A stretch of 63,308 nucleotides of DNA, the filler included, from Craspedostauros australis (lineage: Eukaryota), in assembly GCA_030167865.1 (NCBI GenBank). It is 10 parts of 10 records of this genome, joined end to end, with 100 filler letters (N's around TTAATTAATTAA, not from the genome) between each part and the next. Parts side by side here need not be neighbours in the genome. Positions count along the whole stretch, not along the records: positions 46,965 to 61,258 come from JALAGF010001897.1; positions 61,359 to 63,308 come from JALAGF010001900.1; 8 more parts are not named here. One strand, 5' to 3'. Below the pieces are notes generated by a model. It made no database searches. It saw only the letters and a list, made by a program, of their open reading frames with translations, and was not told the DNA's origin. The position numbers were made by a program, and so were the translations under genes. This document shows, piece by piece, positions 61,151 through 63,308 of the stretch. How positions within the stretch are numbered: the stretch's first letter is position 1; the number at the start of each line of letters is the position of its first letter.

Positions 61151-62443
61151 CATGATGATGATGACGATGATGACGATGATGATGATGATAGTGGGTGCTG
61201 AACGAACGGCAGCAGGGCACAATCAAGAATTTTTGGCATCCACCACATGACAGTCAGCNNNNNNNNNNNNNNNNNNNNNNNNNNNNNNNNNNNNNNNNNN
61301 NNTTAATTAATTAANNNNNNNNNNNNNNNNNNNNNNNNNNNNNNNNNNNNNNNNNNNNTAGCAACAACAGTAACAGTAACAGAAACACTTTCGACAAAGA
61401 GTGTGACTACTACCGATTCTCCGTGCGCGGAGCCTTCCAACAAATCACATGAACAATCGCAGCACCAACAACGGTGCCATCAACAGTGGCGAGAGACGCC
61501 ATGCTTCCGTGATAAACCCCGGATTCAAGTGATCAGCAGCAATGCCCATGCTGGATGTGCCGTCGGCAGCTGAGATTCAATGCCTGCTGGACGAGTGCAT
61601 TCATGAGACCGGATGCAGCAACTTCTTTGGGGCCTAGAGCACCAACTGTTCGGAGATACTCCTTCTATTACGCCACCACTACGCACATCATTACCACCAA
61701 TGCCCGCTCATGCTGAAGCTCAAAGCGATGCATTGCAGCCACAACTGCAAATGATGAGATGGAGGCACTATGTCATCGGATCCACAAGTCGGGGAAATCA
61801 GCTGCTCCGGAATCACCATCCACACAAAGATGCACACATCCAAGGAGCACAACATGCAGGTCTTTGGAGACAGAGGGAAGAAGGGAGAGGCATCGCCACC
61901 TCCGCCAACATGTGAATTGTGAGATGATTGACGCTTGCTGGTTCACAGTCGCATCTGCAGGAGGCTGATTCATGCGCCATCGCAGCCAACAAAGAGAGTT
62001 GCCAGTATGGATCACGGTTTGCAGCAGATCGATGCCCAATCCACAGGAGCCAACAAACACAACGAATGTGCAAGCGTCGGAGAAAACATCGCAAAGGAGG
62101 AAGGTTGTGGGTTCTGAGGTTGTAGGAAGGCCCAAAGCAGCCATCCGACCAACAAGGAGGAAGGTGCCAAACCATACAAAGTAGATGGAATCGGCTGTCC
62201 GGACGGAATGTTGGCATGATGAGTCGACGACGAGAGTAGACCGCGCAGAGAGAGACAGAGAAACTGTGTCTTTTCGTGATACTGATGACGTCTACAAGCT
62301 ACTCATCCATGACCATTCCTCTCAAAGTGATCCCCTGCTCCATCGATTTCCTACTTTTGTGGATGGATGCAACTCTCTCCACGTAGAGAGGAAGTCCCTT
62401 GTGAGTGGGTGCAGTCTGCTAAAGACAGATAGCGATGCGACAC

Positions 62444-62839
62444 TCACGATGCGGACACGGAAAACTTGGTTGTTGGTGTGGTCTCTTCGTCCGTATCGTC
62501 CGTATCCTTCTTCTTCTCTTGGACAACGACTACTTCTGCTTCCACTGGCGCCGATGTCACTGTTGGCTTTGGCGGGATTGTGGGTGGTGTCCTTCTCACG
62601 TTGCTAGTGCTTCTGTTAATCCTGCACCTAACAACCACCAAGCAAAACATTAAAACAAAGACAACAAATATCACAGGAGCCACCAGCGGATCTCCTTTTC
62701 CGTCCTTCCCGTTGTAATTGTTGTTGGAGCTCGCTGTGGCGCCTCCGCCTCCCTTGTAGCCTCCGGATCCGCTTCTGCCGCCTGATGACGATCCTTTCAA
62801 CTCGCGTCGCGAGAAATGGAAGATAACACCACCGAGCAT
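62444..62839 (-). CDS. Small single-pass membrane protein with an RxL motif and G/S/K-rich segment
   Basis: MLGGVIFHFS-RREL-KGSSSGGRSGSGGYKGG...TM LVAPVIFVVFVLMFCLVVV-RCR, then a Pro/Thr and acidic tail. Confidence 0.6.
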   Translation of the reverse strand: MLGGVIFHFSRRELKGSSSGGRSGSGGYKGGGGATASSNNNYNGKDGKGDPLVAPVIFVVFVLMFCLVVVRCRINRSTSNVRRTPPTIPPKPTVTSAPVEAEVVVVQEKKKDTDDTDEETTPTTKFSVSAS

Positions 62840-63308
62840 CTCGTCGTCGTCTTCGCGATGATTGTCGTGAGAAAAAGTACGGGTTTTCACTGTGTTGTTG
62901 TATCTGCCGCGCAGGGAACGTGGACACCAAACCCAACTTGGCAAAGGTGCGACTTTTACATGCACGACGCCTTGATTCGACTGCTCGCGTACAATGCAAC
63001 CAACATGACAAGAAACGGCGATGCACGTTGCCAGACAGATAAATTCGACCTCTACGCAGACCTGCACAAGGAGCAACGGTGAAGTGTTACGATGGGGCGT
63101 ATGTGGCGAGCGACAGAGGATGATACGCCATCAACGCACAAGAACAAAAGAGCCTTCTGTCTAATACCCCACTGTTCTTTTTTCCAAGAGGCAGAACGAG
63201 ACCTCCCCATTGGTCGCCCTCCCTAGTTCGCCCTCCGACGCATCTTCAGACGACGCCATGTACCACGACTCAACCTGAATCTACTATATCGAGTTGCGAT
63301 CGTATGAT

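Noticed and set aside
61359..62400. Short ORFs before the RxL gene
   Set aside because: Fragmented with stops and no family recognised.

Overview
This is eukaryotic nuclear DNA, very probably from a pennate diatom. The evidence is GT-AG introns, a DUF6824 protein, a cyclase-PDE fusion and diatom-type copia, gypsy and Harbinger elements. The window is a scaffold of about 10 contigs joined by artificial N-TTAATTAATTAA-N linkers, so adjacency across linkers is not guaranteed. Host genes are a prolyl-4-hydroxylase-like dioxygenase, RPLP0, a DUF1769-PH-DUF547 protein, a PHO84/PHT1-like phosphate transporter, a twin-TPR co-chaperone, an ornithine decarboxylase with large insertions, a plastid-type dPGM, a type II membrane (lumenal) kinase, MND1, a twin-CX9C protein, a receptor cyclase-phosphodiesterase fusion, a Q/N-rich DUF6824 protein and a small RxL-motif membrane protein. 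Between them lie transposon relics: a gypsy Gag missed by the ORF track, several copia fragments (one a shuffled mosaic, one interrupted by a tRNA-like insert), a Sola3-like transposase fragment, a 20-bp tandem array, a Harbinger pseudogene, solo-LTR-like pieces and two degenerate non-LTR C-terminal fragments. No single proven new system is visible. The best leads are the tRNA-like insert, the Sola3-like element, the cyclase-PDE fusion, the lumenal kinase, the ODC with its AUG-free leader and the RxL membrane protein. All family assignments are from motif recognition by eye; no searches were run.
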